From: an uncultured Parvibaculum sp.
Lineage (GTDB): Bacteria > Pseudomonadota > Alphaproteobacteria > Parvibaculales > Parvibaculaceae
Direction: 5' to 3'
DNA: 64,000 nucleotides
Assembly: GCA_965140395.1 (NCBI GenBank)
Contig: OZ223205.1
Location: 144,197-208,196, forward strand
Shown: piece by piece, positions 25,083 to 33,738 of the stretch
Numbering within the stretch: the stretch's first letter is position 1
Layout: every line of letters begins with the position of its first letter
Made by a program: the position numbers and the translations under genes
Notes under the pieces: generated by a model
The model's input: only the letters and a program-made list of their open reading frames with translations
What the model was told of the DNA's origin: nothing
The model's database searches: none

Positions 25083-26945
25083 ATGGCCTCAACCCTCGCA
25101 GCCCGGTCCGACGCGCGTGACGCCCTCGATGCGGGGGGCGATCTGAACGCCGCGAAATATGCCGTGCTGCGCGAGGTCTTCGGCTTCGACGGGTTTCGCG
25201 CAGGCCAGGAAGAGGCGGTGGATACGCTGCTGTCGGGCCGCAACCTGCTGGCCGTGATGCCGACGGGCGCGGGCAAGTCTCTCTGCTTTCAGGTGCCGGC
25301 GCTGGTGAAGGGCGGGCTCACCATCGTGGTGTCGCCGCTCGTCGCGCTGATGCAGGACCAGGTCTCGGCGCTGAAGCTGGCGGGCGTCGCGGCGGATGCG
25401 ATCCATTCCGGCCAGTCGCGCGAGGACAATGTCGCCGTCTGGCGGCGCGCCGCTTCGGGCGAGCTGAACCTTCTTTACATGGCGCCGGAACGGCTGATGA
25501 CGGAGCGGATGCTGGCGGCCATCGGCAAGCTCGACGTGTCGCTCTTCGCCATCGACGAGGCGCATTGCGTGTCGCAATGGGGCCCGGCCTTCCGCCCCGA
25601 ATATGAAGACCTCCGCCGCTTGCGCGAGGTGTTCCCCGGCGTGCCCGTGGCCGCGCTGACCGCCACGGCGGATGAGGTGACGCGGGCCGACATCGCGCAA
25701 AAGCTGTTCGGCGGCGATGTGGATGTGCAGGTGCTGGGCTTCGACCGGCCGAACATTCAACTGAGCGTGGAAACCAAGACGAGCTGGAAGGACCAGCTGC
25801 TCGGCTTTCTGGACCGGCGCGGCAGCGATACGGGTAACGGCATCATCTATTGCCTGTCGCGCAAGAAGACGGAAGAGACCGCCGCGCTGTTGCGCCAGAA
25901 CGGCTATAACGCGCTGCCCTATCACGCCGGGATGACGAAGGAAGAGCGCGAGGCGAACCAGCGCGCCTTCATGGCGGAAGAAAACCTCGTCATGGTCGCG
26001 ACCATCGCCTTCGGCATGGGGATCGACAAGCCCGATGTGCGCTTCGTGGTGCATGTGGATCTGCCGGGCAGCCTCGAAGCCTATTACCAGGAGATCGGCC
26101 GCGCAGGCCGCGACGGCGAACCGGCGGAAGCGCATATGCTGTTCGGGCCGGGCGACATTCGCATGCGGCGGAAATTCATCGACGACGAGGACGCAGGGCC
26201 GGAGCGCCAACGCCGCGAACACCAGCGGCTGAACGCGCTGCTCGCCTACGCCGATGCGCCGCAATGCCGCCGCCGCATGCTGCTCTCCTATTTCGGCGAG
26301 ACGGCCACGCCCTGCGGCAATTGCGACAACTGCCTGAACCCGGCGGATTTGACCGACGGAACGGAGATGGCGATGTCCGCGCTCTCGGCCATTCGCGATA
26401 CGGGCGAGCGCTATGGCGCGGCGCATATCATCGACATCATGCTGGGCGAGGAAACCGAAAAGGTGCTCGCGGTAAAGCATGACCGGCTGCCCGCCTTCGG
26501 CGAGGGCGCGCAGCTCAAGAAACCCGACTGGCAATCGCTGATCCGCCAGCTCGTGTCGGGCGGATATCTCGAGGTCGATGTGGGCGGCTATGGCAGCCTC
26601 ATCATCACCGCGCTTGGCGAGAAGCTTTCCGCGGGGGAAGAAGAGTTCCTCTACCGCGCGGACAGCCATGAAAAGAAGACGGCGAAGCGCAAGCGCGTGA
26701 GCGATGCGGAAAAGCTGACGCCGGAAGAAGACCGGCTGTTCACGAAGCTGAAATCGCTCCGCCTCGACATCGCGCAGGAACGCGGCGTGCCGGCTTACGT
26801 GGTCTTCTCCGACAAGACGCTGATCGACATGGCGCGCCGCGCGCCCACGACGCGCGATGCGTTTGCGGAGGTCCATGGCGTCGGCGCGGCGAAGCTGAAG
26901 GAATTCGCGGAGCCGTTTCTGGGGCTGATCAGGGGTGCGGGATAG
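25083..26945 (+). CDS. recQ: ATP-dependent DNA helicase RecQ
   Basis: FGFDGFRAGQEEAV, MPTGAGKSLCFQVPAL, DEAHCVSQWG.FRP, TATA, IAFGMGIDKPDVRFV.H, the Zn-binding CRR...CGNCDNC and a C-terminal HRDC (RGVPAYVVFSDKTL). Confidence 0.95.
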   Translation: MASTLAARSDARDALDAGGDLNAAKYAVLREVFGFDGFRAGQEEAVDTLLSGRNLLAVMPTGAGKSLCFQVPALVKGGLTIVVSPLVALMQDQVSALKLAGVAADAIHSGQSREDNVAVWRRAASGELNLLYMAPERLMTERMLAAIGKLDVSLFAIDEAHCVSQWGPAFRPEYEDLRRLREVFPGVPVAALTATADEVTRADIAQKLFGGDVDVQVLGFDRPNIQLSVETKTSWKDQLLGFLDRRGSDTGNGIIYCLSRKKTEETAALLRQNGYNALPYHAGMTKEEREANQRAFMAEENLVMVATIAFGMGIDKPDVRFVVHVDLPGSLEAYYQEIGRAGRDGEPAEAHMLFGPGDIRMRRKFIDDEDAGPERQRREHQRLNALLAYADAPQCRRRMLLSYFGETATPCGNCDNCLNPADLTDGTEMAMSALSAIRDTGERYGAAHIIDIMLGEETEKVLAVKHDRLPAFGEGAQLKKPDWQSLIRQLVSGGYLEVDVGGYGSLIITALGEKLSAGEEEFLYRADSHEKKTAKRKRVSDAEKLTPEEDRLFTKLKSLRLDIAQERGVPAYVVFSDKTLIDMARRAPTTRDAFAEVHGVGAAKLKEFAEPFLGLIRGAG

Positions 26946-26963
26946 AAGTTTTTCTCACATAGC

Positions 26964-27047
26964 GTCATGCCCCGCTTCATGCGGGGCATCCACGTCTTTG
27001 CGTCACAGAAAGAAGACGTGGATGGCCCGGACAAGCCGGGCCATGAC
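26964..27047. repeat. family-1 triple-hairpin palindromic element, copy D
   Basis: Arms are identical to copies A and B and the spacer (tgcgtcacagaaag) is unique. It sits between the convergent recQ and HNH genes. Confidence 0.9.
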
Positions 27048-27087
27048 GAATAGTTTGATTGTCAGCCCCAAAACAAAAAGGAGCCTC

Positions 27088-27648
27088 TTACGGCTCCAGT
27101 TCGCTGTCCCAGTAGAGATAGTCCTGCCAGCTGTCGTGCAGGTAATTCGGCGGGAAGGAGCGGCCGTTTTTGTGGAGGTCGTTGACCGTGGGCCGGTAGG
27201 GATGCTGCATCGGCTCCATGCCGGCATCCTTCGGCATCTTGTTCGCCTTGCGCAAATTACAGGGCGCGCAGGCGGTGATGACATTGTCCCAGGTGGTCTG
27301 CCCGCCGCGCGAGCGCGGCACGACGTGGTCGAAGGTCAGCTCGCCCCGGTCGCCGCAATACTGGCAGGTGAAGCTGTCGCGCAGGAACAGGTTGAACCGC
27401 GTGAAGGCGGGATGGCGCGCGGGCTTTACGTAGGATTTGAGGGAGACGACGCTCGGCAGCTGCATCTCGAAGGAGGGCGAGCGCACGAAAGTGTCGTAGG
27501 AGGAGACGATGTTGACGCGGTCGAGGCAGACGGCCTTGATCGTGTCCTGCCAGGACCAGAGCGAGAGAGGGTAATAGCTGAGCGGACGGTAATCCGCATT
27601 CAGCACAAGTGCCGGGCACGCTTCCGGAGTGGCAAACATCGCCTGCAC
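27088..27648 (-). CDS. HNH endonuclease family protein
   Basis: CQYCGDRGELTFDHVVPRSRGGQTTWDNVITACAPCNLRK is an HNH motif with a CxxC...CxxC zinc site. 186 aa. Confidence 0.85.
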   Translation of the reverse strand: MQAMFATPEACPALVLNADYRPLSYYPLSLWSWQDTIKAVCLDRVNIVSSYDTFVRSPSFEMQLPSVVSLKSYVKPARHPAFTRFNLFLRDSFTCQYCGDRGELTFDHVVPRSRGGQTTWDNVITACAPCNLRKANKMPKDAGMEPMQHPYRPTVNDLHKNGRSFPPNYLHDSWQDYLYWDSELEP

Positions 27649-27867
27649 ACCGTCCTCCTTAAAGGGCGGGCCCGCCGCGGCTCAACCAGGTGGCCGCGAA
27701 GCGGTGGACCCCAGTGAATTAAGTTTACTATATATTGTGCAACGGCTTTGTGAAGCCACCGAAGGTGGATATTCCGACGGACGCTTGGTAGTCCTGTTCG
27801 GCATACCAATATGTGAGCCCCGCCCTTTCAAGCGCGCCCGCGCCCCGAGCTGCCCACGGAGTTCCCG

Positions 27868-28776
27868 ATGCCCGACACAAAGAGCGAAACGCTGCGTTTC
27901 GCCCCCAGCCCGAATGGCTGGCTGCATCCGGGCCATGCCTATTCGGCGCTGTTTACATGGGATATGGCGCGCGACATGGATGCGCGCTTCATCCTGCGCA
28001 TCGAGGACATCGATGTCGGCCGCTGCCGCCCGGAATATGAGCAGGGCATTTACGACGACCTCGCCTGGCTCGGCATCGACTGGGAAGAGCCGGTGCGCCG
28101 CCAGTCGGAACATTTCGCGGAATATGAGGCGGCGCTGAAAAAACTGCGCGACATGGGCCTCCTCTACCCCTGCTTTGCGACGCGCAAGGAAATCCAGGAC
28201 GCGATCGCGCAAAGCGGCATCCCGCCGCGCCAATGGCCGCTCGACCCGGACGGCGCGCCCGTCTATCCCGGCCTCTACAAGGACATTCCCAAACGCCAAC
28301 TCAACGAGCTGATGTGGGAAGGCCGCTCCTATTGCTGGCGCATGGACACCGAAAAGGCCTGCGCCATAGCCGAGGAGATGAATGGCGGGCCGGTAACCTT
28401 CGTGGAGGAAGGCGTCGGCTCGCGCGGCGAACACGGCCTGATCCGCGCCCGCCCGCAGGCCTATGGCGATGTCGTGATCGGCCGCAAGGACGTGCCGACG
28501 AGCTATCACCTCTCCGTCACGCTGGACGATGCGCTGCAGGGCGTGACGCTGGTGACGCGCGGCCAGGACCTTTCGCCCGCCACCCATATCCACCGCGTGC
28601 TGCAGGTGCTGCTGGGCCTGCCCGAACCGCGCTGGCACCACCATGAACTCGTCCGCGACGAGGACGGGCGGCGGCTTTCCAAGACCGCCCGGGATATGGG
28701 CCTGCGCGAGCTGCGCGCCCGCAGCGTCACGCCGCAAGAAGTGCGCGAGATGATCGGGCTCGCCGAGAGGGCCTGA
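27868..28776 (+). CDS. gluQ: tRNA glutamyl-Q(34) synthetase GluQRS
   Basis: RFAPSPNGWLHPGHAYSAL (HIGH-like), RIEDID.GR, and a truncated GluRS catalytic domain ending in RLSKT (KMSKS-like). No anticodon-binding domain. Confidence 0.9.
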   Translation: MPDTKSETLRFAPSPNGWLHPGHAYSALFTWDMARDMDARFILRIEDIDVGRCRPEYEQGIYDDLAWLGIDWEEPVRRQSEHFAEYEAALKKLRDMGLLYPCFATRKEIQDAIAQSGIPPRQWPLDPDGAPVYPGLYKDIPKRQLNELMWEGRSYCWRMDTEKACAIAEEMNGGPVTFVEEGVGSRGEHGLIRARPQAYGDVVIGRKDVPTSYHLSVTLDDALQGVTLVTRGQDLSPATHIHRVLQVLLGLPEPRWHHHELVRDEDGRRLSKTARDMGLRELRARSVTPQEVREMIGLAERA

Positions 28777-28880
28777 GGGCCCGCCCCGTCTCTCCAGGCT
28801 GGCCCGCATCCTGCTGCGATCCTTGTGAACAGGCCGACCCGATCCCGAAGGGGAACGGTTCCGGCCCGATTTGATGCGAG

Positions 28881-29972
28881 GTGCAGGATATGACGAGCGC
28901 AATGGCCGATTCCGGGACGGCGAATCCCGTCCCAAAAACGGAAAAATCCCGTTTCGGCTGGATCGATGCGGTGAAGGGCCTGACCATCAGCCTGGTGGTG
29001 ATGGACCACACCACATGGGGCGTGGCCGCCACGCTCGGCACGCCGCCGGACGTTTTCAGCGATATTTCCGCCTTCGCCCAGCCCTTCCGCATGCCGCTCT
29101 TCTTCCTCGTGGCGGGTCTGTTCGCCTGGAAGGCGATCAACGGCCCGTGGCGCGATTTCCTCGACAGGAAGCTCCTGCATTTCGGCTATTTCTATCTGCT
29201 CTGGTCGGTGATCCAGATCGGCATCAAGATCGCCGTGCCGACCGGCGGCAACTGGACCACCAGCTGGGCCGATATGTGGATGATCCCGCTCCAGCCCTTC
29301 GGCGTGCTCTGGTTCATCTATGAGCTGGCGATCTTCTTTACGGTGCTGCGCGTCTTCCGCAAGGCGAACCCGGCCTGGATCTTCGCCGCCGCCATCGGCC
29401 TCTATTTCACCCAGATCGCGACCGGCTGGATGCTGCTCGACGAATTCGCCTGGCGCTTCATCTGGTTCGTCTCCGGCGTCTATGGCGCAAGCCGCATCTT
29501 CGAGCTCGCCGCCTGGGCGCGCGGGAACAAGGCGCAGGCCCTCGGCGTCGCGACGCTCCTCTATGCGACGGTCGCGACCGTGGTCTTCTCCGGCCTGATC
29601 GAGATCCGCGGGCTGGAACTGCTGATGGGCTATGCGGGCGGGATCGGTTCGATCCTGACGATTACCGTCTTGGCCGAAGCGGGGTTCGCAGGCGCGCTCT
29701 CCTTCATCGGCCACCGCTCGCTCTATATCTTCCTCGCCTTCTTCGCACCGATGGCCGCGATGCGGGTGGGGCTGGTGAAATTCGCCGGCTGGGAAAACGG
29801 CGACCTCGTCACCATCGTCACCTTCGCGGTGGCGCTTGTGGGGCCGATCGTCGGCTATGAGGTGCTGAAGCGGACGCCGCTTGCCTTCCTCTTCGTGCGG
29901 CCGGCCATGTTCCGCCTGAAGGACGAACCGGTCCGGCCCGACAAGGAAGCGGCCATTCCGGCAGGTGCCTGA
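28881..29972 (+). CDS. acyltransferase family 3 membrane protein
   Basis: RFGWIDAVKGLTISLVVMDHT opening motif and about 10 hydrophobic helices. Confidence 0.75.
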   Translation: MQDMTSAMADSGTANPVPKTEKSRFGWIDAVKGLTISLVVMDHTTWGVAATLGTPPDVFSDISAFAQPFRMPLFFLVAGLFAWKAINGPWRDFLDRKLLHFGYFYLLWSVIQIGIKIAVPTGGNWTTSWADMWMIPLQPFGVLWFIYELAIFFTVLRVFRKANPAWIFAAAIGLYFTQIATGWMLLDEFAWRFIWFVSGVYGASRIFELAAWARGNKAQALGVATLLYATVATVVFSGLIEIRGLELLMGYAGGIGSILTITVLAEAGFAGALSFIGHRSLYIFLAFFAPMAAMRVGLVKFAGWENGDLVTIVTFAVALVGPIVGYEVLKRTPLAFLFVRPAMFRLKDEPVRPDKEAAIPAGA

Positions 29973-30009
29973 GACTGTCGGCAGACCCTTCGACGCCTAC
30001 GCATTCTCT

Positions 30010-30143
30010 CACCTCCCCCCCTTCTAGGGGGGAGGTCGACGCGCGACAGCGCGGCGGGTGGGGGGATCGGCGATCGAGACAATCTCGGGCTCAGCGTATG
30101 CCGCCTACCCCCTCCCTGACCCTCCCCCTTCAAGGGGGAGGGG
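30010..30143. repeat. family-2 intergenic repeat (CCTCCCCC/GGGGGAGG hairpin modules), copy 1
   Basis: cacctccccccc-ttcta-ggggggaggtcgacgcgcgacagcgcggcgggtgggggg ... ccctccctgaccctccccc-ttcaa-gggggaggg. It sits between the convergent acyltransferase and AEC genes. Confidence 0.75.
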
Positions 30144-30154
30144 AATTCTCCTCG

Positions 30155-31108
30155 TCAGCCTTTCGGCAGGAAGTAGCTGAGCATCAGCGTAATCGTGATC
30201 AGGCTGAGCGCGGTGGACAAAACCACCGCGCTCGATGCCGCGCCGGGCGCGGCGTTGTAGCGCTTGGCCATGATCGAGGAATAGACGCCCGCCGGCATGC
30301 CCGCCAGCACCGTCGCCGCGACCGCCCATATGGGCGGCATATCGAAGAGATAATGCGAGGCGAGAAACACCAGCACCGGCATGAAGACAAGCTTCAGCAC
30401 CGAGGTCAGCGTCGCCGCGCCGATGGAGCGCTTGATCGCATAGCGCGTCAGCATGCCGCCCAGCACGAAAAGCGCGCAGGGAATGGCCGAGCGTCCGATG
30501 AGATGCAGCGCGTCGTTGGCGACCTTGGGCATGGGAAGCCCCGTCTGCCCATAGACGACGCCCAGCGCCAGCCCGATGATGACCGGGTTTTTCGCCGTGC
30601 CCTTCATCGCCTCTTTCAGGATCGACAGGAAGTGAACCTGCTCGTGCTCGGCGCGCGGCTTCGTCAGTTCCAGGAGGAAGGTGACGACAGTGAAAAGAAT
30701 GATCCCGTGAAAGGCGAGGATGAGGAAGACGGGAAAACCCGCCTTCTCGCCGAAGCCCGTCACGATGATCGGAATGCCGAGCATCACCGTATTGCCCTGC
30801 GCCGAGCCGAACCCGATCATCACCGCATCCGTGCTCGGACGGCGAAGCGCGCCCAGCGCGATGAAACTGCCCACCGCCCATGAGATCAGCATCGCCCCGT
30901 AATAGGAGGCCCAGAGGCCCCAGGGCAGCACGTCCGGAAAGGGCGTCGTCGCCAGATTGCGGAACAGCAGGCAGGGCATGGCGAAGGTGAAGACGTAAGT
31001 GTCGAGCCCGTCGATCGCCTCGTCGCTCATCAGCCCGGACCGCGAGGCGGCATAGCCGAGCGCAATGACGCCGAAGATCGGCAGGACGAGGCTGAGGGCG
31101 AAAAGCAT
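30155..31108 (-). CDS. AEC (auxin efflux carrier) family transporter
   Basis: LPIFGVIALGY opening motif and 10 hydrophobic segments in a 5+5 arrangement. 317 aa. Confidence 0.85.
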   Translation of the reverse strand: MLFALSLVLPIFGVIALGYAASRSGLMSDEAIDGLDTYVFTFAMPCLLFRNLATTPFPDVLPWGLWASYYGAMLISWAVGSFIALGALRRPSTDAVMIGFGSAQGNTVMLGIPIIVTGFGEKAGFPVFLILAFHGIILFTVVTFLLELTKPRAEHEQVHFLSILKEAMKGTAKNPVIIGLALGVVYGQTGLPMPKVANDALHLIGRSAIPCALFVLGGMLTRYAIKRSIGAATLTSVLKLVFMPVLVFLASHYLFDMPPIWAVAATVLAGMPAGVYSSIMAKRYNAAPGAASSAVVLSTALSLITITLMLSYFLPKG

Positions 31109-31197
31109 GGGGGAAATTCCCGCAGGTGATAAGGCCGGCGGAAGCTAGCCCGGGGAAGACGCAGGGTCAAAATTGGGGGAAGGACTCAAGTTACGTC

Positions 31198-31280
31198 GTC
31201 GTGCCCCGCTTCATGCGGGGCATCCACGTCTTTGCCGCAAAAAGGAAGACGTGGATGGCCCGGACAAGCCGGGCCATGAC
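31198..31280. repeat. family-1 triple-hairpin palindromic element, copy E
   Basis: GTCGTGCCCCGC... differs by one substitution in the terminal GTCATG. The arms are otherwise identical and the spacer is unique. It lies between the tandem vWA-like and AEC genes. Confidence 0.9.
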
Positions 31281-31294
31281 GGTTCATGTGAGTA

Positions 31295-31990
31295 TCACCA
31301 ATCATAAAGCCCGGCGAAGTGGCGGAAGCCTGCGGCCTTGGCCCAGTCGCGCCATTCATGGCGCACGCGCTGCGTGACGGCGGGGCTGCCTGCGCCCTGG
31401 CCGAGACCGAGAATGGTGAGCGAGGCGCAGCCCCGGAAAAGATCGCCGGAGGGCGCCGGCAGTTTCCCGCCCGCTTTCAGCTTCGCATATTCGGAGTCCT
31501 CGAAACCATCCGTCAGCAGAATATAATCAGTCGGCTGCGCGGCGCAGTCCACCACCTGCGACATGGTGTCGAGAAAGGGCAGAATGTTGGTGAAGCCCTG
31601 CGCCTCCAGCTTGCCGTCGCGCACCAGCTTCGGGATGTTGGCGATGAGAATGCGCAACCCGTCGGCCACCGCATCCGGCTTGGCGCGAGCCGAAATCACC
31701 TGATCGACCTTCAGCGCATTCGCCGTCACGTCATAGGAGCCGAAGGTGCGCAGCATGACGCGGGAATGCGGCGAGAGCGTCTCGATCTCTTCCACCGCCT
31801 TTGCGCCCGCACGCGCCGCATAGGCGTCGTCAGTCACCAGCGGATTGCTTTTGGAGAGGTCGAGACCGATCACCACGGTGCGCGGCGCTTCCGCCGCCTC
31901 CGCCGCGCGATTGACGAAGACGGCGGCGAGCGTGCCGAGAATGGCGACGATCAATACGAAGAGGCGCATGGGCTTGGGTCTTTCCCTCAA
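31295..31990 (-). CDS. secreted vWA/MIDAS-like protein (operon gene 3)
   Basis: Signal peptide MRLFVLIVAILGTLAAVFVNRAAEA, then VVIGLDLSKSNP (DxSxS MIDAS-like motif) and YILLTDGFED. A TTG start at 31990 overlaps the upstream stop (TTGA). An alternative ATG is at 31969. Confidence 0.6.
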   Translation of the reverse strand: MRERPKPMRLFVLIVAILGTLAAVFVNRAAEAAEAPRTVVIGLDLSKSNPLVTDDAYAARAGAKAVEEIETLSPHSRVMLRTFGSYDVTANALKVDQVISARAKPDAVADGLRILIANIPKLVRDGKLEAQGFTNILPFLDTMSQVVDCAAQPTDYILLTDGFEDSEYAKLKAGGKLPAPSGDLFRGCASLTILGLGQGAGSPAVTQRVRHEWRDWAKAAGFRHFAGLYDW

Positions 31991-33135
31991 TCCTGCGTCC
32001 GGCCGATGGGCACACGGCGCGGCGGCGGCAGCACTTCGCCGATGGGCTCGCGCACATGGGCGACGCCGGACGGCCCCGCCTTCATCGCATTACGCGAGCG
32101 GCGTTCCCACCATTCGTCGAACAACTTTTCATGGCGCCCGAGCGACCGGGATTCCTCGCAGGCCTTGATGCGCTCGGCGAAAGCGGCCTGACGCTCCTTG
32201 CCTCGATCTGGAACGGTGGCCGGGAGGGCCTCCTCCTTCTTGCGGCCGAGAAGACCGCGCGATGTTTTCGGTGCCGGAGCGGAAATCGCCGGGGCGGAGG
32301 ATTTCGACAGCTCGCGGCGGGCTTCGTCGAGCCCCTGCTCATAGGCGCGCGCCTCGCGCATCAGCCCGGTCCAGAGAAGATGGCGGCGGTTTTCCGGCCC
32401 TTCCATTTCCGACAGCGCATGGCGGTTGGCGTCATATTCTTCTTCCAGCGCGGCCAGCCGCGTCATGTCCTGCTTGCGGTGGCGATAGTCGCGCGACAGG
32501 AAGATGCGCCGCACCGAGGCCATGGCGACATGCAGGCACAGCGCCGCCACGCCCGTCACCACCAGAAAGACGATGCCGAGCGAGCCGAGCCAGGCCAGCG
32601 GCTGCCATTCGCGCACCTTGTCGATCTCGGTTGCCGTGCGCGCGGTTTCCGCCGTGCCGTTGGTGGCAAGGCCGAGGCCGGCCAGCGTGTCGGACAGCGA
32701 GGAGCCCGCACCGCCGTCGCCCGTGGCGGCAATGCCGTTGGGCAGCGACATGAAGGCGAGCATGAAGCCGACGCCCAGCAGCATGACGATGGCCAGCACG
32801 AAGACGATGCGCACGAAGACCGCCTTGCCGATGGGACCGAGCTGCTCGTAAAGCATATGCGCGGCGACGGTGGCGAAAAGCACCTGAGCCGATTTGAAGG
32901 CGACCGACTGGCCGAGCGCGCCGGGCAGTTCGAGGAACTCATTGGCGAGCGCGCGCGTCCAGAACTCCGAGACGATCATGTAATCGACCGCCACCGCGCC
33001 GACCGCGACAAGCGCCGTCAGCGCGAAACCGATGAAGAAGAAAGGCGCCATGCGCGCGGCGCGTTCGGAGCGCACGAAATTATGCCCGATCTTCTCGCGC
33101 ATATCCTCGGCGATGAGAGAGACGTTCGCGCTCAT
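31987..33135 (-). CDS. polytopic membrane protein with a charged coiled-coil C-terminal half (operon gene 2)
   Basis: 382 aa with 4-5 hydrophobic helices in the first ~210 aa, followed by an Arg/Glu-rich helical tail. ATG 33135 overlaps the upstream stop (ATGA). No family recognised. Confidence 0.65.
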   Translation of the reverse strand: MSANVSLIAEDMREKIGHNFVRSERAARMAPFFFIGFALTALVAVGAVAVDYMIVSEFWTRALANEFLELPGALGQSVAFKSAQVLFATVAAHMLYEQLGPIGKAVFVRIVFVLAIVMLLGVGFMLAFMSLPNGIAATGDGGAGSSLSDTLAGLGLATNGTAETARTATEIDKVREWQPLAWLGSLGIVFLVVTGVAALCLHVAMASVRRIFLSRDYRHRKQDMTRLAALEEEYDANRHALSEMEGPENRRHLLWTGLMREARAYEQGLDEARRELSKSSAPAISAPAPKTSRGLLGRKKEEALPATVPDRGKERQAAFAERIKACEESRSLGRHEKLFDEWWERRSRNAMKAGPSGVAHVREPIGEVLPPPRRVPIGRTQD

Positions 33136-33440
33136 GCGTCATCCCCCTTGTTCGCTTTCGACTTGCCGGCGCCGAAAAGCCGGGCGAAGAAACCGCGGCG
33201 GACGCCTTCCGGCTCTTCACCTTCCAGCGGCGCGGAAAGATGCTTCGCCAGCGCGGCGATCTCGCGCTCCAGCGTTTCCTGGCGCGCCCGGCGCTTGGCG
33301 AGATCGGCGGCATAGGCCGCATCGAGCTCGGACAGACGCGAAAAGATGTGAATCTCGGGAAGCGGCTCGACATGACGGCCATAGGCCGCCGCGGACTGTC
33401 CCTTTCCCGCCTCGCGGGCGGTATCGTAACTCTCGCTCAT
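33132..33440 (-). CDS. small coiled-coil protein with an amphipathic C-terminal tail (operon gene 1)
   Basis: 102 aa. Heptad-like region LAKRRARQETLEREIAALAKHL. The tail RRGFFARLFGAGKSK resembles the MinD-type membrane-targeting helix. The ATG is preceded by gggg. Confidence 0.55.
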   Translation of the reverse strand: MSESYDTAREAGKGQSAAAYGRHVEPLPEIHIFSRLSELDAAYAADLAKRRARQETLEREIAALAKHLSAPLEGEEPEGVRRGFFARLFGAGKSKANKGDDA

Positions 33441-33738
33441 TAGCTACCCCGCTTGCGCCTTCCGCCGCACCGCCCTCCCGGCTGATATGCGACCTCTACT
33501 TGCCATAATCAGAAGCGCGACATGAATGCCCGCTGAACGGCTTTACGAATTGTTAACCATGCGGGCGCAATGGCGCCCCCTCAAGCATCAAACTGCCGGT
33601 TTCCGGCCACCCCGCGCCCTCAACCCCATGAAATTTACATGAAGGCTCACACGCGAGGCGAGTCCTACCGCCGGACAGGCTTAATCGACTGTACTGGAGT
33701 GAAACAATCTATTATGGCGAGAATGGGGATAGGAGAGA

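Noticed and set aside
25089-26876. 595-aa minus-strand ORF opposite recQ. Similar long antisense ORFs occur at 26935-27717, 27682-28935, 28506-29714, 30098-30883, 32056-33315, 36139-37749, 39364-40548, 41257-42339, 42376-43803, 43988-45556, 45697-47448, 49124-50074, 52559-53764, 54952-55596, 55659-56759, 56808-57722 and 60466-61845.
   Set aside because: Same reasoning as above: each mirrors a well-supported gene. 60466-61845 even spans two different plus-strand genes and their intergenic gap.
2508-31280. Possibility that the repeated palindromes form a CRISPR array
   Set aside because: The copies are single and kilobases apart, each in its own intergenic region. There is no regular repeat-spacer periodicity and there are no cas genes.
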